Shown: positions 39,566 through 50,543, numbered from the stretch's first letter. The stretch: DNA of 64,000 bases from Candidatus Micrarchaeota archaeon (GCA_027046625.1 JALTXX010000003.1:5147-69146); one strand, 5' to 3'. The notes: generated by a model not told the origin, from the letters alone. Translations and numbers: made by a program.

Positions 39566-40669
39566 TCACCTTGCGGAAACGATCTTTATTACATCTAGAT
39601 GGTTTAGGGGTTGATCCTTGGGAATCCTAATGAGTTTTCTGGCATCTATCGCGGCTACAAAGTGCTTCGCTAGGTCTGAATGTATCTTCTCTGCAAGGTC
39701 AAGAGGTGTAGACCCCTTCTCTAGTATAATAGCGTCTGGTAGTACTCTTCCGGCACTATCTGTCCAATTATGCTCGTTCTGAACAGGAAACACCACAATA
39801 TGGTTTGATAAAACAGCCTCGTTTATAGCCCTTTGAACACCGGTGGAGCTCCATCTGGATAGCACCTCCTCTGCTATAGATAGTGCTTTCTCTTGTTGGG
39901 GTGAAAGAGGCTTCAAAACCCGGAAGGAGTCATCCCCAGGAATATAATCTATGTAGCCTGACTTTGCAGCCCTTCTAAGTATGAGTTCTGAGAGGGAGGA
40001 GGTAGGGATTACATCACCATAACGCTTTTGTAGTTCCTTTACCCACTCCTCAGAGGAGGGGATATCCACCTTATTGGCCACAATAACCCTTTTCTTCCCC
40101 TTCAATATCCTATCTACAATCTCCTCTATCCCCATATCGTAGCTTATCTCTAATGATCCAAAGGCGCTCAGCTGTTGGATGAGCCTTTCCTCCCTTTCCT
40201 CGGGAGGATAGTTTCTCACCTTCTCCAAAGCCTTCTCCACAATACCTTTTATCCATAATCTTAGTTCCCTCTCTAGAAAGGCAACTTCCTCAACGGGATT
40301 TCCCTCTCCCTCGTTTCCTTCCATATCTGTCCTTCCAGAAGCATCCACAACGTGAATATACACTTTTTCCTGTCTTATCTGGTCTAGAAACTTGTTGCCC
40401 ATCCCCCTCCCCTCATGGGCACCCGGAACCAGCCCCGCAATATCTGTAATCTTTACAGGTACAAACCGGTTACCCATAATACAAAATCCCTTAGAAGGTT
40501 CGCAAACTCTACCCTTTTCCTGATGGGGACACGGAATCCTTATCCACGTAATCCCTATGTTTGGATCTATGGTGGTAAAGGGATAGGGAGCAGTTTTTAC
40601 ATTGAGCTCCGTGGCGGCATTGAAAAAGGTACTCTTGCCTGATGAGGGCTTCCCTATGAGTCCTATCAT
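39566..40669 (-). CDS. Obg/YchF-like GTPase (Ygr210/DRG-type)
   Basis: G1 [13 protein letters not shown]2 YPFTT, G3 DIAGLV, G4 NKVD; 367 aa. Confidence 0.7.
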   Translation of the reverse strand: MIGLIGKPSSGKSTFFNAATELNVKTAPYPFTTIDPNIGITWIRIPCPHQEKGRVCEPSKGFCIMGNRFVPVKITDIAGLVPGAHEGRGMGNKFLDQIRQEKVYIHVVDASGRTDMEGNEGEGNPVEEVAFLERELRLWIKGIVEKALEKVRNYPPEEREERLIQQLSAFGSLEISYDMGIEEIVDRILKGKKRVIVANKVDIPSSEEWVKELQKRYGDVIPTSSLSELILRRAAKSGYIDYIPGDDSFRVLKPLSPQQEKALSIAEEVLSRWSSTGVQRAINEAVLSNHIVVFPVQNEHNWTDSAGRVLPDAIILEKGSTPLDLAEKIHSDLAKHFVAAIDARKLIRIPKDQPLNHLDVIKIVSAR

Positions 40670-41505
40670 GTTCTCACAATCCTACAATAATCCACATACT
40701 TAGGGGTTGAGTAGTTTTTCCGCGCAAAGTACTCTACATACGGGGCGTTTTCATCAAGGATGGTGTACCCGTCAATACTTATTCTAACCATTGCCTGATA
40801 TGAGGTAACGGTATACTTTGCTAAGGTTTCCTCTTTTGTTCCAGTGTGGCACACACAGTAATAGTTTTTTGTTACCTCTTTCCAGTCCCTTGAAACGGAG
40901 AATGTAATGCTTTTATTTGTGCTTCTTGTAATTGTGGGCGTCTCTATGGTGCAGTTATAGGAAAAGATCCATGTATCTCCAGATCCGGCAATACCGTATG
41001 AAGAGCAGGAGAGCTTTACCCCCAATACATCCAACGCATTTCTAAGATCGTTGTAGAGCGTATCCAGAGTATTCTTTACATTTACGGAACTTACGTTAGG
41101 GGTAGAAGGAAATGGAGAAAGATAGTAGCCTACAACATTAGGGCATGGATCTATATCACTTCCTCCTGAGAGGTTCCATATGGTACATCCAATATTATTG
41201 TCAACGGATTTGCATGTTGCAGTGGTTCCACCGGGTGGAAACTGATAGAAGGAAGGAACATTCCATTTTTCGCTGCTGTCATTGCTATAATCGCCAGGGT
41301 CGAAGTTGTTGGCAAGCACCTTGTAATACTCATAGGCATAGGCTTCTGCGGCAGCCTTTACAAGTTGGAACTCTGCTACCGTAATGTGGAGGGCATGGTA
41401 ATACCCAACCCACATAGGAGCCACAAAGCCCAGAGAGGAATAGTACAGACCCACCAAATTCATGAGGGTTAATACCCCTTCAAGGGGAGAGGCAATGGTT
41501 AACAT
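40666..41505 (-). CDS. Cys-rich exported protein, probable pilus-associated subunit
   Basis: Hydrophobic N-terminus, about 10 Cys and N-glycosylation sequons; last gene of a 3-gene pilin-like operon. Confidence 0.35.
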   Translation of the reverse strand: MLTIASPLEGVLTLMNLVGLYYSSLGFVAPMWVGYYHALHITVAEFQLVKAAAEAYAYEYYKVLANNFDPGDYSNDSSEKWNVPSFYQFPPGGTTATCKSVDNNIGCTIWNLSGGSDIDPCPNVVGYYLSPFPSTPNVSSVNVKNTLDTLYNDLRNALDVLGVKLSCSSYGIAGSGDTWIFSYNCTIETPTITRSTNKSITFSVSRDWKEVTKNYYCVCHTGTKEETLAKYTVTSYQAMVRISIDGYTILDENAPYVEYFARKNYSTPKYVDYCRIVRT

Positions 41506-41735
41506 CCTATCACCTCTGGTCTGTCAAGTACAGATAGATCTCCAAAGGTTTCTATGTTTACGGTGCATATATCGGGATTTCCTCCCTTCCCCATCTCTAT
41601 GGATGCTATATCACCTACCATGGTAGGCAAATCTTCGTGGGGCGGGATGTTTATGGATCCTATAACTTGGGAAATGCCATACATAGTTAGTATGAGGAGC
41701 ACAAGGTATATGGTGGAGAAGAACAAGCCCCTCAC
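41499..41735 (-). CDS. pilin-like protein (class III signal peptide)
   Basis: MRG/LFFSTIYLVLLILTMYG; 78 aa. Confidence 0.4.
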   Translation of the reverse strand: MRGLFFSTIYLVLLILTMYGISQVIGSINIPPHEDLPTMVGDIASIEMGKGGNPDICTVNIETFGDLSVLDRPEVIGC

Positions 41736-42115
41736 CCGATCACCTCCAGAGAGGAGGGGGTTACCCTAATGGCAGAGCTACCCCTTGATAGTGTAGTAGT
41801 GGTACACCTTACGTTGAACCCTGGTAATTGGATGAAGTATTCGTTACTACCCCACCTCATAGACACACTGCTACCATTGCATGAAAGCTCAATACCATTT
41901 ACAGGTACGGTAACTACTGTATATTGAGTTCCAAGGATGGTGGATCTGTAGAGAGCCATCTTTATCTGAGAAAGGGACATCCTTACATAGGTTAGCACAA
42001 CTGTTTCTTTGGAAACATTTTTCGTACTGTTTACCATGCCTTGGGCAAGAGGATAGAACATTCCTAATAGTACCAGTGCAATGAGTAATACCTCAACACT
42101 TACAAACCCACGCAT
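41732..42115 (-). CDS. pilin-like protein (class III signal peptide)
   Basis: MRG/FVSVEVLLIALVLLGMF: E+5; 127 aa. Confidence 0.5.
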   Translation of the reverse strand: MRGFVSVEVLLIALVLLGMFYPLAQGMVNSTKNVSKETVVLTYVRMSLSQIKMALYRSTILGTQYTVVTVPVNGIELSCNGSSVSMRWGSNEYFIQLPGFNVRCTTTTLSRGSSAIRVTPSSLEVIG

Positions 42116-42153
42116 TAATAACTTATTAACACCTTCCTCTCAAATACCTATCG

Positions 42154-43362
42154 ATGTTATGGACAAAGAAGTATAGACCAAGAAGGGTGGAGGACTTCTT
42201 AGGAAATGACGAGGCAAAGAAGATTGTAAAGATATGGGCAGATAGTTGGAGGGAGAATAGACCCCAGAAGCCTCTCCTGTTCTACGGTCCCCCAGGAACT
42301 GGGAAGACCTCTATGGCCTATGCGGTGGCAGAGGAGTATGGATGGGATATTATAGAAATGAACGCCTCTGACACAAGGGACAGTAGTACAGTGGAGAGGG
42401 TACTAGGATCGGCGTCCCAATCACTTTCTCTATTTGGAACAAGAAAGCTCATTCTCATAGATGAGGTAGACGGCCTCTCTCCAAGGGAGGATGCAGGAGG
42501 CTTAAAGGTGATACGAGAGATACTTGAGAAGTCCAAGAATCCTACTATTCTTACAGCTAACGATGCGTGGAATCCTTCAGTAACACCTCTCCATCCTTAT
42601 GTGAGGATGGTGGAGTTTAGGAGAGTACCTCCTTACCAGTTGGCAAAGTTCCTTATGAAGATTCTAGAAGAGGAAGGAATCCCCTATGAAAAAGAGGCCA
42701 TCGAGTATCTTGCCAGGAAGGAAAGTGGAGATGTAAGATCAGCGTTGCTTGATCTTCAAGCTGTTGCTAGATATGGGGTGAAGATAACCCTGGAGATAGT
42801 GAAGGATTTAGGTTACAGGGATAGAGAGGCCAATATCTTTGAAGTGCTTGCTCGTATCTTTAAGAGCGAACATGTTATGAGACCGTTCACCCTCCTTTCA
42901 ACCCTTGATGTGGATCCTGATATTCTCCCCTTCTGGATAGCGGAAAACATACCGAGGGAGTATGAGAGACCTGAAGAGATAGGTGAGGCATTTAGATGGG
43001 TTTCTAAGGCAGATGTTTATAATGGTAGAATATTAAGGAGACAGTACTGGGGATTTTTGGCATACGCGCAGGAATTGCTTATAAACGGGGTTATAATAGC
43101 TAAAAAGAGACCCTACAAGAAGTTTACCAGGTACTCATACCCAGAATGGCTTAGGTTGCTGTCGAGGTATAAAGATAAACTTCAAAAGAGGAGAGAAGCT
43201 GCCAAAAAGCTGGCAAAACTGTTCCATACATCTTCAAGGAGAGTACTTATGGATATTATGCCGTATCTACCTCTTATCATGAAGAACGAAGCGTGGAAGA
43301 GTACTATTATGAGGAAAGCAAGATTAACAGAGGAGGATTTAAAAGCGTTAGGTATATCTTAA
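42154..43362 (+). CDS. rfcL: replication factor C large subunit
   Basis: AAA+ Walker [14 protein letters not shown], Walker B LILIDEVD, sensor motifs, helical lid; basic C-terminus; 402 aa. Confidence 0.8.
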   Translation: MLWTKKYRPRRVEDFLGNDEAKKIVKIWADSWRENRPQKPLLFYGPPGTGKTSMAYAVAEEYGWDIIEMNASDTRDSSTVERVLGSASQSLSLFGTRKLILIDEVDGLSPREDAGGLKVIREILEKSKNPTILTANDAWNPSVTPLHPYVRMVEFRRVPPYQLAKFLMKILEEEGIPYEKEAIEYLARKESGDVRSALLDLQAVARYGVKITLEIVKDLGYRDREANIFEVLARIFKSEHVMRPFTLLSTLDVDPDILPFWIAENIPREYERPEEIGEAFRWVSKADVYNGRILRRQYWGFLAYAQELLINGVIIAKKRPYKKFTRYSYPEWLRLLSRYKDKLQKRREAAKKLAKLFHTSSRRVLMDIMPYLPLIMKNEAWKSTIMRKARLTEEDLKALGIS

Positions 43363-43920
43363 GAGGTGCTTCAGAAGATCCTCCTCTTCTTTTAGCTGTT
43401 TTTCTACCTTTTCAAGGAGCTTCAACTTGTTTGTTATAAGGGTACTTTTAACCCTTCTTGTTTCATCTATGAAGCTGCCAACAGAAGATTTTTTGTACAC
43501 AGGGCTATTCTCTATCGCTTCTCTAAGCCTCTCCCTGTATTCTCTGTCCTTTTGTAGCTGTTCAAGGATTTTTCTGCCCCTTTTGTCATCTAATAATTTT
43601 TTCACATCCAAGGAGTCTGTAATGTCTTTGTAGTCCCGATCCACCATTCTCAGAAGTAGGTGTCTAAGGTAAAGGGTATCAAGAGATACACTTCCTTTGT
43701 TGAGGGAGGAAACCTTTTCCTTCTCCCTTTTTATACGCCTTAATTCTTCCCTTATCTCCGAAAGCCTCTCCTTTATTTGTTGCTTAGAAGGGTAGATAAT
43801 CTTTACCGAATCTTTTTCTATCTTTAGCCTTAATATCCCTCCTCCCTTTACATACTTCTCTACTTTCTCGTCGTTCAGATATTTTTTCAGCTGTTGTGCG
43901 GATGCTATGAGTACCTCCAC
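43348..43920 (-). CDS. coiled-coil hypothetical protein
   Basis: 190 aa, K/E/R/L-rich heptad-like sequence; no motif. Confidence 0.3.
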   Translation of the reverse strand: MEVLIASAQQLKKYLNDEKVEKYVKGGGILRLKIEKDSVKIIYPSKQQIKERLSEIREELRRIKREKEKVSSLNKGSVSLDTLYLRHLLLRMVDRDYKDITDSLDVKKLLDDKRGRKILEQLQKDREYRERLREAIENSPVYKKSSVGSFIDETRRVKSTLITNKLKLLEKVEKQLKEEEDLLKHLLRYT

Positions 43921-43934
43921 CCTATAATAACATC

Positions 43935-45407
43935 TTACTCTATTTTAACTACACCCTCTACCATCTCAAGAGCCGCCTTCAACTTTCTCTGACTGTTGGA
44001 GTACAATGTAATTATGGTGTCTCCCCTGGAAACAACGCTTCCAACACCTCTTTCTATCCATATACCCGCTCCCTTGTCCACAGGAGCTCCCAACATCCTA
44101 CTGAGGAGGGAAATTTTAGAGGGAGATATGTAGGCCACTCTTCCATCTTTCGGAGAAGAAACACTTTCCCTATACTTTCCCGGTGTTAGATCCTCCCATT
44201 TTATGTCAGGATCACCTCCCTGTGCTTCAATTATGCTTCTAAGCTTCTTCTCAGCCTCGCCACTCTTAAACGTATCCAGGGCCAATTTTCTAGCCTTTAC
44301 AATAGGAACCTTTTTCAAAAACGCCAGCATCCTGCCTGTTATCTCTATACCCTTTTCCAAAAGATCCTTTGAGCCGTTTCTTTCATATGTCTGTAGAATG
44401 TCTATCGCTTCAAGGACAGGGCCTACACCTCTCCCAATAGGTTTCACACCACTGGAAATGAACCCTATCACCTTTATACCTAGCATGTCTCCTAGCTTCT
44501 TGAAGTGTTCTTCCCATTCCTTTGCCTGGGAAAAGGATTTCACTTTGGCCTCTGGACCTACGGGAATATCAAGCACCATGTACTTAGACGATACTGCGTA
44601 TTTCTTGGCCATGATAGATGCCAACACCAACCCGAGAGGATCCAACCTCAACGGTCTTCTTATCTGGATGAGTTTATCATCTGCAGCCGCAATGTTGGCT
44701 CCCCCACCCCACGCTATTACACCACCCACACTTTTTACAATCTCCTCTATTTCCTCTGCAGTTAGATCCACCCTTGCAAACACCTCCATAGTGTCTGCTG
44801 TCCCAGAGGGAGATGTGATGGCCCTGGAGGATGTCTTAGGAACTAAATAGCCTAGGGATGCCATAATGGGAACATAGAAGAATGTAATCCTATTACCTGG
44901 AATGCCTCCAATGCTGTGCTTATCTACCACTTCACCCTCAAGGAACACTCTATTTCCACTCTCTGCTATGGCAACAGTAAGATCTCTTACCTCCTCTTCT
45001 GATAGACCATTAATTTGGCAGGCTGTAACAAAGGCAGATGCCTCTGCGGGGAAGAGGTATCCGTTTACAACATCCATAATGATGGCCTTTATCTCTTCAG
45101 CGGATAGGGTTTCGCCCATAATCTTCTTCCTTATATATTCCACACTGATAGGTGGTTCCTCGGGGAATACTTCTACCTCTTCCCCATTCCTAACACCTAA
45201 TATCTCTGCCACATCCTTGAAGACACCCACCTCATCTTCCTCTATAAACGTGTTGGTGGTGTTGATGATGGTCACAACAGATTTATCATTCTTTGATATG
45301 AGAAGCCTTCCATCTGGCCCTTCTCCCATTTTTGACGCAGTCTTTTCATTTAGCACAGAAATATATCTATGTGCATCCATGTCAAGGATCTTTACCCTTA
45401 GCTTCAC
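43935..45407 (-). CDS. deoA: AMP phosphorylase (archaeal DeoA/thymidine phosphorylase family)
   Basis: 490 aa. N-terminus MKLRVKILDMD... typical of archaeal AMPpase, glycosyltransferase family 3 core (GGxPGNRI, SRAITSPSGT). Confidence 0.7.
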   Translation of the reverse strand: MKLRVKILDMDAHRYISVLNEKTASKMGEGPDGRLLISKNDKSVVTIINTTNTFIEEDEVGVFKDVAEILGVRNGEEVEVFPEEPPISVEYIRKKIMGETLSAEEIKAIIMDVVNGYLFPAEASAFVTACQINGLSEEEVRDLTVAIAESGNRVFLEGEVVDKHSIGGIPGNRITFFYVPIMASLGYLVPKTSSRAITSPSGTADTMEVFARVDLTAEEIEEIVKSVGGVIAWGGGANIAAADDKLIQIRRPLRLDPLGLVLASIMAKKYAVSSKYMVLDIPVGPEAKVKSFSQAKEWEEHFKKLGDMLGIKVIGFISSGVKPIGRGVGPVLEAIDILQTYERNGSKDLLEKGIEITGRMLAFLKKVPIVKARKLALDTFKSGEAEKKLRSIIEAQGGDPDIKWEDLTPGKYRESVSSPKDGRVAYISPSKISLLSRMLGAPVDKGAGIWIERGVGSVVSRGDTIITLYSNSQRKLKAALEMVEGVVKIE

Positions 45408-45439
45408 CTTGAGAGAAAAGGTGGAAGGTTATAAATCCC

Positions 45440-46009
45440 TTGTGGGAACATGTAGACGTGGTGGTGAAGAAGTATCTCATGGTGAAGGGAAATTTCTTAG
45501 ATGCTATTCTAAAGGGAAGAAAGAGGATTACAATTAGAAGAAGAACGCGATTAAAGGCTGGAGATAAGTTTTACATACATTCTATGGGAAAGATATGGGG
45601 AATAGGAGAGGTTACAAAGGTGGAAAAAATTATGAAGGATGAGATCGGAGATGAGATAGCAAAAGAGGAGGGTATGACGCTGGAAGAGCTAAAAAAGTAT
45701 TTGGATAGGTTTTACGGGAAGAAGAATGTGCCCCTCTATGTCATACATTTTCGTGTTGCAGAGGTGTTTCCTGAGCCCAAAGATCCAGAAAAAGATGTGT
45801 ATGGAGGTATGCGACCGGGAAAGATTGCTGCTTTAGCACTAAAATACCTTCACCTTGATGAGGAAGCCATGAAGATACTGAGGAGGTTGAAGGAGACGGA
45901 TAGTATAAGAGCGGTTGCCATTGAAATGGGTGGACTAAATAGGAGGAAGAAGGTGAGGGCAATCTTAAGAAAGGCAGTAGAGATGTTAAAAGAAAAAGGA
46001 GTTATTTAG
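45440..46009 (+). CDS. ASCH-domain protein with C-terminal helical extension (second ASCH paralog)
   Basis: ASCH core (GRKRITIRRR...GD) within the first approx. 110 aa; start may be an internal Met (MVKGNF). Confidence 0.45.
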   Translation: MWEHVDVVVKKYLMVKGNFLDAILKGRKRITIRRRTRLKAGDKFYIHSMGKIWGIGEVTKVEKIMKDEIGDEIAKEEGMTLEELKKYLDRFYGKKNVPLYVIHFRVAEVFPEPKDPEKDVYGGMRPGKIAALALKYLHLDEEAMKILRRLKETDSIRAVAIEMGGLNRRKKVRAILRKAVEMLKEKGVI

Positions 46010-46442
46010 ACTTTCTCTTCCTGCCCCTTCTGGTCTTCTTTTCCTCTTCTTCTTTTACCTCTATGGTTCCTGTAAACTCCAACAGCTTACCTGTCTGGTA
46101 GAGGAGGAGTGAGACAACCAGAACAAATACCCAAAATACCCACACACCAGATTTATATGCAAGTACTGCGAACTTATCAAAGTAGTCCACTCCTGTAGGG
46201 AAGGGGTACACACCGGCTGCTACCGCCTTTACGGAGCAAAGCAGATACTCATTCGTGCTGTTATAGTTTTTCAGGCACGTTTTCACATCTTTTATCTTAT
46301 CCCAAGACACTACCAAATCCATGGTGGCTCCAAGGAAGAACAGTACAGACATGAGTGCCAGTAGCAGGCCAAGGAGTTTTGGCACCACCACATACCGCTT
46401 TCCTATCCTAAGTATCATACACTGTATGAAGAACTTTCTCAT
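46002..46442 (-). CDS. hypothetical membrane protein with lysine-rich tail
   Basis: 146 aa, 2 TM segments, KKTRRGRKRKSK C-terminus. Confidence 0.3.
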   Translation of the reverse strand: MRKFFIQCMILRIGKRYVVVPKLLGLLLALMSVLFFLGATMDLVVSWDKIKDVKTCLKNYNSTNEYLLCSVKAVAAGVYPFPTGVDYFDKFAVLAYKSGVWVFWVFVLVVSLLLYQTGKLLEFTGTIEVKEEEEKKTRRGRKRKSK

Positions 46443-46450
46443 ATTTAAAT

Positions 46451-47416
46451 GTGGCGTCCCAACATTTTCACATGATATATTTCCTATCCTTCATACTTAC
46501 CTTTCTTCTTATCAAGTACTGGATAGAGCTTGCAAAACAAAGAGGACTTGTAGGAAGGGACATGAATAAGTTTGAGGAGGTATATGTAGCAGAGGGTGGG
46601 GGAGTTCCCTTTCTTATGGGGACAATACCTGTAATTATCCTATTATCTCTCTTTTACCCGGAAAAATCCCTGGAAATTCTTGCTATTTCATCCTCCATTC
46701 TTTTGCTTGGGATGATAGGTTTTGTGGATGACGTTCTGGGATGGAAGAAGGGTCTTCCCCAATGGGTAAAGCCAGTGCTAACTATATTGGCAGCCTTACC
46801 TATCTCCGTGGTTGTGTATATGAGGGGTTTGTCCGGCCTTTCATTGGATCCTTTTATCTATGCATGGATAGCGGTACCAATAGGTATTGTGGGTGCATCC
46901 AATGGATTTAACATGCTGGCAGGCTTCAATGGGCTGGAAGGAGGGCTGGCACTAATTATATTATCAACCCTTGGTGTGAAGGCGTTTATGGAAGGAAATC
47001 TTTGGCTTTTTGATATAATTTTAGTGTTTATTGCAGCATTGCTAGCATTCCTATACTATAACTGGTATCCCGCTCGGATATTCCCAGGAGATAGCTTTAC
47101 ATACGCAATAGGAGGACTTATTGCTTCCATTACCATCTTTGGTGGAATGGAAGTAATAGGTGTTGCACTCTATACATTGTTTATCTTAAAACTCATATTA
47201 TTCCTAAGAGCAAGGTTTTTGGACAAGAAGAAAAAGGTAGAAGCCTTTGGAATACCACAGAGGGATGGTACCTTGAAAAAACCTTACGACAAATGGTATG
47301 ATACCACTCACATTGCTATGGACATATTAGGAAAACATTCAACGGAGCGTAATGTGGTGCTTTTGATACTAACGGCTCAGTTAATAATATCTACGCTGGT
47401 ATTGTTGGTAATGTGA
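46451..47416 (+). CDS. aglH: polyprenyl-phosphate N-acetylhexosamine-1-phosphate transferase (MraY/WecA/AglH family)
   Basis: About 10 TM segments, DDxxG (FVDDVLG), and the NGFNMLAGFNGLEGG motif. Confidence 0.7.
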   Translation: MASQHFHMIYFLSFILTFLLIKYWIELAKQRGLVGRDMNKFEEVYVAEGGGVPFLMGTIPVIILLSLFYPEKSLEILAISSSILLLGMIGFVDDVLGWKKGLPQWVKPVLTILAALPISVVVYMRGLSGLSLDPFIYAWIAVPIGIVGASNGFNMLAGFNGLEGGLALIILSTLGVKAFMEGNLWLFDIILVFIAALLAFLYYNWYPARIFPGDSFTYAIGGLIASITIFGGMEVIGVALYTLFILKLILFLRARFLDKKKKVEAFGIPQRDGTLKKPYDKWYDTTHIAMDILGKHSTERNVVLLILTAQLIISTLVLLVM

Positions 47417-48777
47417 GGCGCCTAGCAAGGATTTCTGCCATATTGGTAGTTACCTTCCTCCTTTCCTACGCAGCTCTTTATATCTTTCGAATAGCAGCGG
47501 GTAGAATCCTTCAACCAGAGGATTTTGGTTACTTTATGTTCCTCTGGGGTACATCTGGAGTATTAGCCTCCTTGTCTATTTTGGGGATGGAAACAGGGGC
47601 TGCGAGGGAAATAGCAAGAAGAATAGCAGAGGGACATACGTATAAGGACATTGTAGGAGCTGCTACATTAGCTTCTATCCTATTTTCGGTGTTTCTATCC
47701 CTGCTAACAGGTATTCAAGAGCTACTGATTATAGTACCCTTCTACGCTCTTTTCCTCCTCTATACAGGCATACTAAGAGGATCGGGGAGATTCCGTGAAA
47801 GGGCGTTAGCAGACGTTGTAAGGGCTGCGGTTCTCCTCATTTCTTCCCTGTATGTTATCTACAATCCATCCCTTTATGTGGCTGTACTACTTTTCTCCCT
47901 CTCCTTTATCTTCCCCCTTCTTTTGGAGATTCTTGTAGAGCCCCCCGGAATCCCCTCTCTGCGAACTGTTATAGAAATTGTTAGATCTTCGATTTCCTAT
48001 CTTCTCATGAGTGTTTCCTTCAGAATTATGCAGTGGACAGATCTGATATTGGTAAACGTGTTGCTTGGTAGTCTAAAGACGGCCATCTACGGAGCGGCAT
48101 CCACGGTAGTAGGAATATTTGCCGTTATATACAATGTGGCCGGTTATGTTTCCCTACAGAGGCTTACCATATACTATGAGAAGGGGATGCTAAAGGATAT
48201 GTTCGAGTTCTTTAGGAGGGTAAATAAATGGGTACTTCTCGTATCCCTGCCGCTGATTCTTTTGCTACTCATATATCCTTCCACCGTTATAGAGATGTTG
48301 TTTGGGAGGTATGGAGAAGGAGGCACAGCACTCATTATACTGTCTCTTTCTCTCCTTGTTCAACAGCTTGGAGGCATTCTGGGAACGCTTTATACTGCTG
48401 TTGGAAGGCCAGATATGTGGAACAGGGCAGCCATCATAGCGGCAATCCTAAATGTGGTTCTAAATATGGTGTTTATACCTATCTGGGGTTTGGTGGGGGC
48501 AGCCATTGCTACAGGTATAAGTATCGCTCTTAGAACGTTGCTGGCGGTGCTGGGTATATACAACATGTGGAAGGAACTTCCTCTTGATAAGGGAAGTCTT
48601 TTTGTGATAATATCCTTTATCCTTACAGTTGTGGCAGATAGAACATTTCTATCCCCCTTTCCACCTCTTCAGGAGGCTATAATATCGCTCCTCTTGTACG
48701 GAGTGTTGCTGGTTGTTTTAAGGGCTTTTGATAGGGAAGATATTAGAATAGCGAGGGAGTTGATCCATGGAAGGTGA
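47413..48777 (+). CDS. oligosaccharide/polysaccharide flippase (Wzx/MOP family)
   Basis: 454 aa, 12-14 TM segments with MOP-type topology. Confidence 0.65.
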   Translation: MRRLARISAILVVTFLLSYAALYIFRIAAGRILQPEDFGYFMFLWGTSGVLASLSILGMETGAAREIARRIAEGHTYKDIVGAATLASILFSVFLSLLTGIQELLIIVPFYALFLLYTGILRGSGRFRERALADVVRAAVLLISSLYVIYNPSLYVAVLLFSLSFIFPLLLEILVEPPGIPSLRTVIEIVRSSISYLLMSVSFRIMQWTDLILVNVLLGSLKTAIYGAASTVVGIFAVIYNVAGYVSLQRLTIYYEKGMLKDMFEFFRRVNKWVLLVSLPLILLLLIYPSTVIEMLFGRYGEGGTALIILSLSLLVQQLGGILGTLYTAVGRPDMWNRAAIIAAILNVVLNMVFIPIWGLVGAAIATGISIALRTLLAVLGIYNMWKELPLDKGSLFVIISFILTVVADRTFLSPFPPLQEAIISLLLYGVLLVVLRAFDREDIRIARELIHGR

Positions 48778-49501
48778 ATGTAAACTATGTGGTATAACGT
48801 TTAGAACTAGGAAGGAGGATGTAATAAGGATCCCAAAGGACTACATCCCTCTCTATACTATAAGCCTTGATCACATGTGGTGGATTCTTAGATGGGATGT
48901 ATATAAGGATGCCATTAGTAGGGGGGTATGTACGGCAGACGGCACATGGATAAAACGGCTGATCCAGCTGAAATGTGGTAAGAGGGTTGATAGACTAGCT
49001 GGAAGCAGAATAATATATGATTTTCTCTCCCTTGCAAAGGAAAACGAACTAAGAGTAGCCTTTGTGGGCGGTACTCAAGAGGTCTTGAGAGAGGCCTCAG
49101 AGCGTATAAAGAGGGAGTATGGGCTGGAAGTATACACAATGGATCCGGGATTGATATCATATCCGTTTCACGAAGTAACCATAGAAAATGTTTTGTCGTT
49201 TGTGGAAGATAAAGAGCCCCACTTTGTGTTCTTTGCTTTGGGAGGTGCTCCTAAACAAGAGTTATTTATGGATAGTTTAAATGATGGGTTAAAAGACAGA
49301 GGGGTACTCCTTTCTATGGGTATTGGAGGAACATTGGATATGATTGCAGGAAGAATCAAACTTGCACCAAAATGGGTATCAGATATAGGGTTAGAGTGGT
49401 TATGGAGGGGTATGGAAGGATTTCACAGACTTACAAAGATAAGAAGGGGATATACGGCGCTATTTAGAGTATTACTAAGGCTCTTAAGGGGTAAGTGTTG
49501 A
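48767..49501 (+). CDS. WecG/TagA/CpsF-family glycosyltransferase
   Basis: 244 aa: AFVGG...FVFFALGGAPKQE...MGIGGTLD pattern of this family. Confidence 0.6.
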   Translation: MEGECKLCGITFRTRKEDVIRIPKDYIPLYTISLDHMWWILRWDVYKDAISRGVCTADGTWIKRLIQLKCGKRVDRLAGSRIIYDFLSLAKENELRVAFVGGTQEVLREASERIKREYGLEVYTMDPGLISYPFHEVTIENVLSFVEDKEPHFVFFALGGAPKQELFMDSLNDGLKDRGVLLSMGIGGTLDMIAGRIKLAPKWVSDIGLEWLWRGMEGFHRLTKIRRGYTALFRVLLRLLRGKC

Positions 49502-50524
49502 GTATATCTCTTCTAACATATCAACATGTTTTTCCCATGTTAGGGGAGTTACATCGCATAAGCAAGGGGAGGATTGAAGGATTAGGTTCGCCGCTTCCTC
49601 TATCGAATCGAACAGCTTTACACACCTACAATATCTTTTTATAGTTCTCGGCCCGGGACTGTCCTTTACGATGGGTACAAGGCCTCTCGCAAGCGCTTCT
49701 ACTACTACGATTCCAGACGCCTCATATGGGGATGGCAGAAGCAGGAAATCGTGCTCATCCAACACCTTCCACTTTTCTTCTCCATAAACTGGTCCTCTAA
49801 AGGTTACCCGTTTTTCAACACCTAATCTTGTTGCTAACCCTCTCAAATGATCCCTATATCCAGAAATTGCCTCGGGGCCCACAATACTGAGTGTGTATTC
49901 CTTTGGAAGTAACGCAAGTATTCTAATGGTATCGTCTACGCCCTTAAGAGGATCCAGCCTACCAAGATATAGGATTTTTGTGCCATACTTCTCCCTTTGT
50001 TTTATATTCTCAGCGCTTACGTTCGCAGTAGGCAATACAATTCCTTTGAAAAAGAAACGCTCCTCATCGTTTGTCATTATTATATAATCCATGAGCCTCC
50101 AATACCACCCCACTGATAGGTCAAATATTTTAACAAACACCCTTTCTATCCCCTTTCTAGGATGAAAGGGAGAATGAGTCGTCATTATCACCTTTCTTCC
50201 TCCTAGTTTTAGTAAAAGAGAAAGAATGGTGTGAGGGTGACGAAATCCATGCACATGGATAATATCGAAATGTTTTGCGACTTGTAGAAAACCTGGCCAA
50301 AATCTTGCAAACCTACCCATTCTTAATATTGCGGGAAATCTATACACAGGAATGCCATCTATGGTTTCTCTTTGGGGAAGAGGTTTTCCATGCGCATTCT
50401 CTGCTACTGTTAAAACTGCCACTTCATGCCCCCTTCTTTTTAGCTCTTTCACAACGTGATATACATATAGCTCCACCCCACCTGTTTGGGGCAGGAAAAA
50501 TGGGGTTACATGGACAATGCGCAT
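49484..50524 (-). CDS. GT4-family glycosyltransferase
   Basis: GT-B fold; EASGIVVVEALARGLVPIV (E-x7-E motif). Confidence 0.75.
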   Translation of the reverse strand: MRIVHVTPFFLPQTGGVELYVYHVVKELKRRGHEVAVLTVAENAHGKPLPQRETIDGIPVYRFPAILRMGRFARFWPGFLQVAKHFDIIHVHGFRHPHTILSLLLKLGGRKVIMTTHSPFHPRKGIERVFVKIFDLSVGWYWRLMDYIIMTNDEERFFFKGIVLPTANVSAENIKQREKYGTKILYLGRLDPLKGVDDTIRILALLPKEYTLSIVGPEAISGYRDHLRGLATRLGVEKRVTFRGPVYGEEKWKVLDEHDFLLLPSPYEASGIVVVEALARGLVPIVKDSPGPRTIKRYCRCVKLFDSIEEAANLILQSSPCLCDVTPLTWEKHVDMLEEIYSTLTP

Positions 50525-50543
50525 GTAGAATAAAGAATATCAG

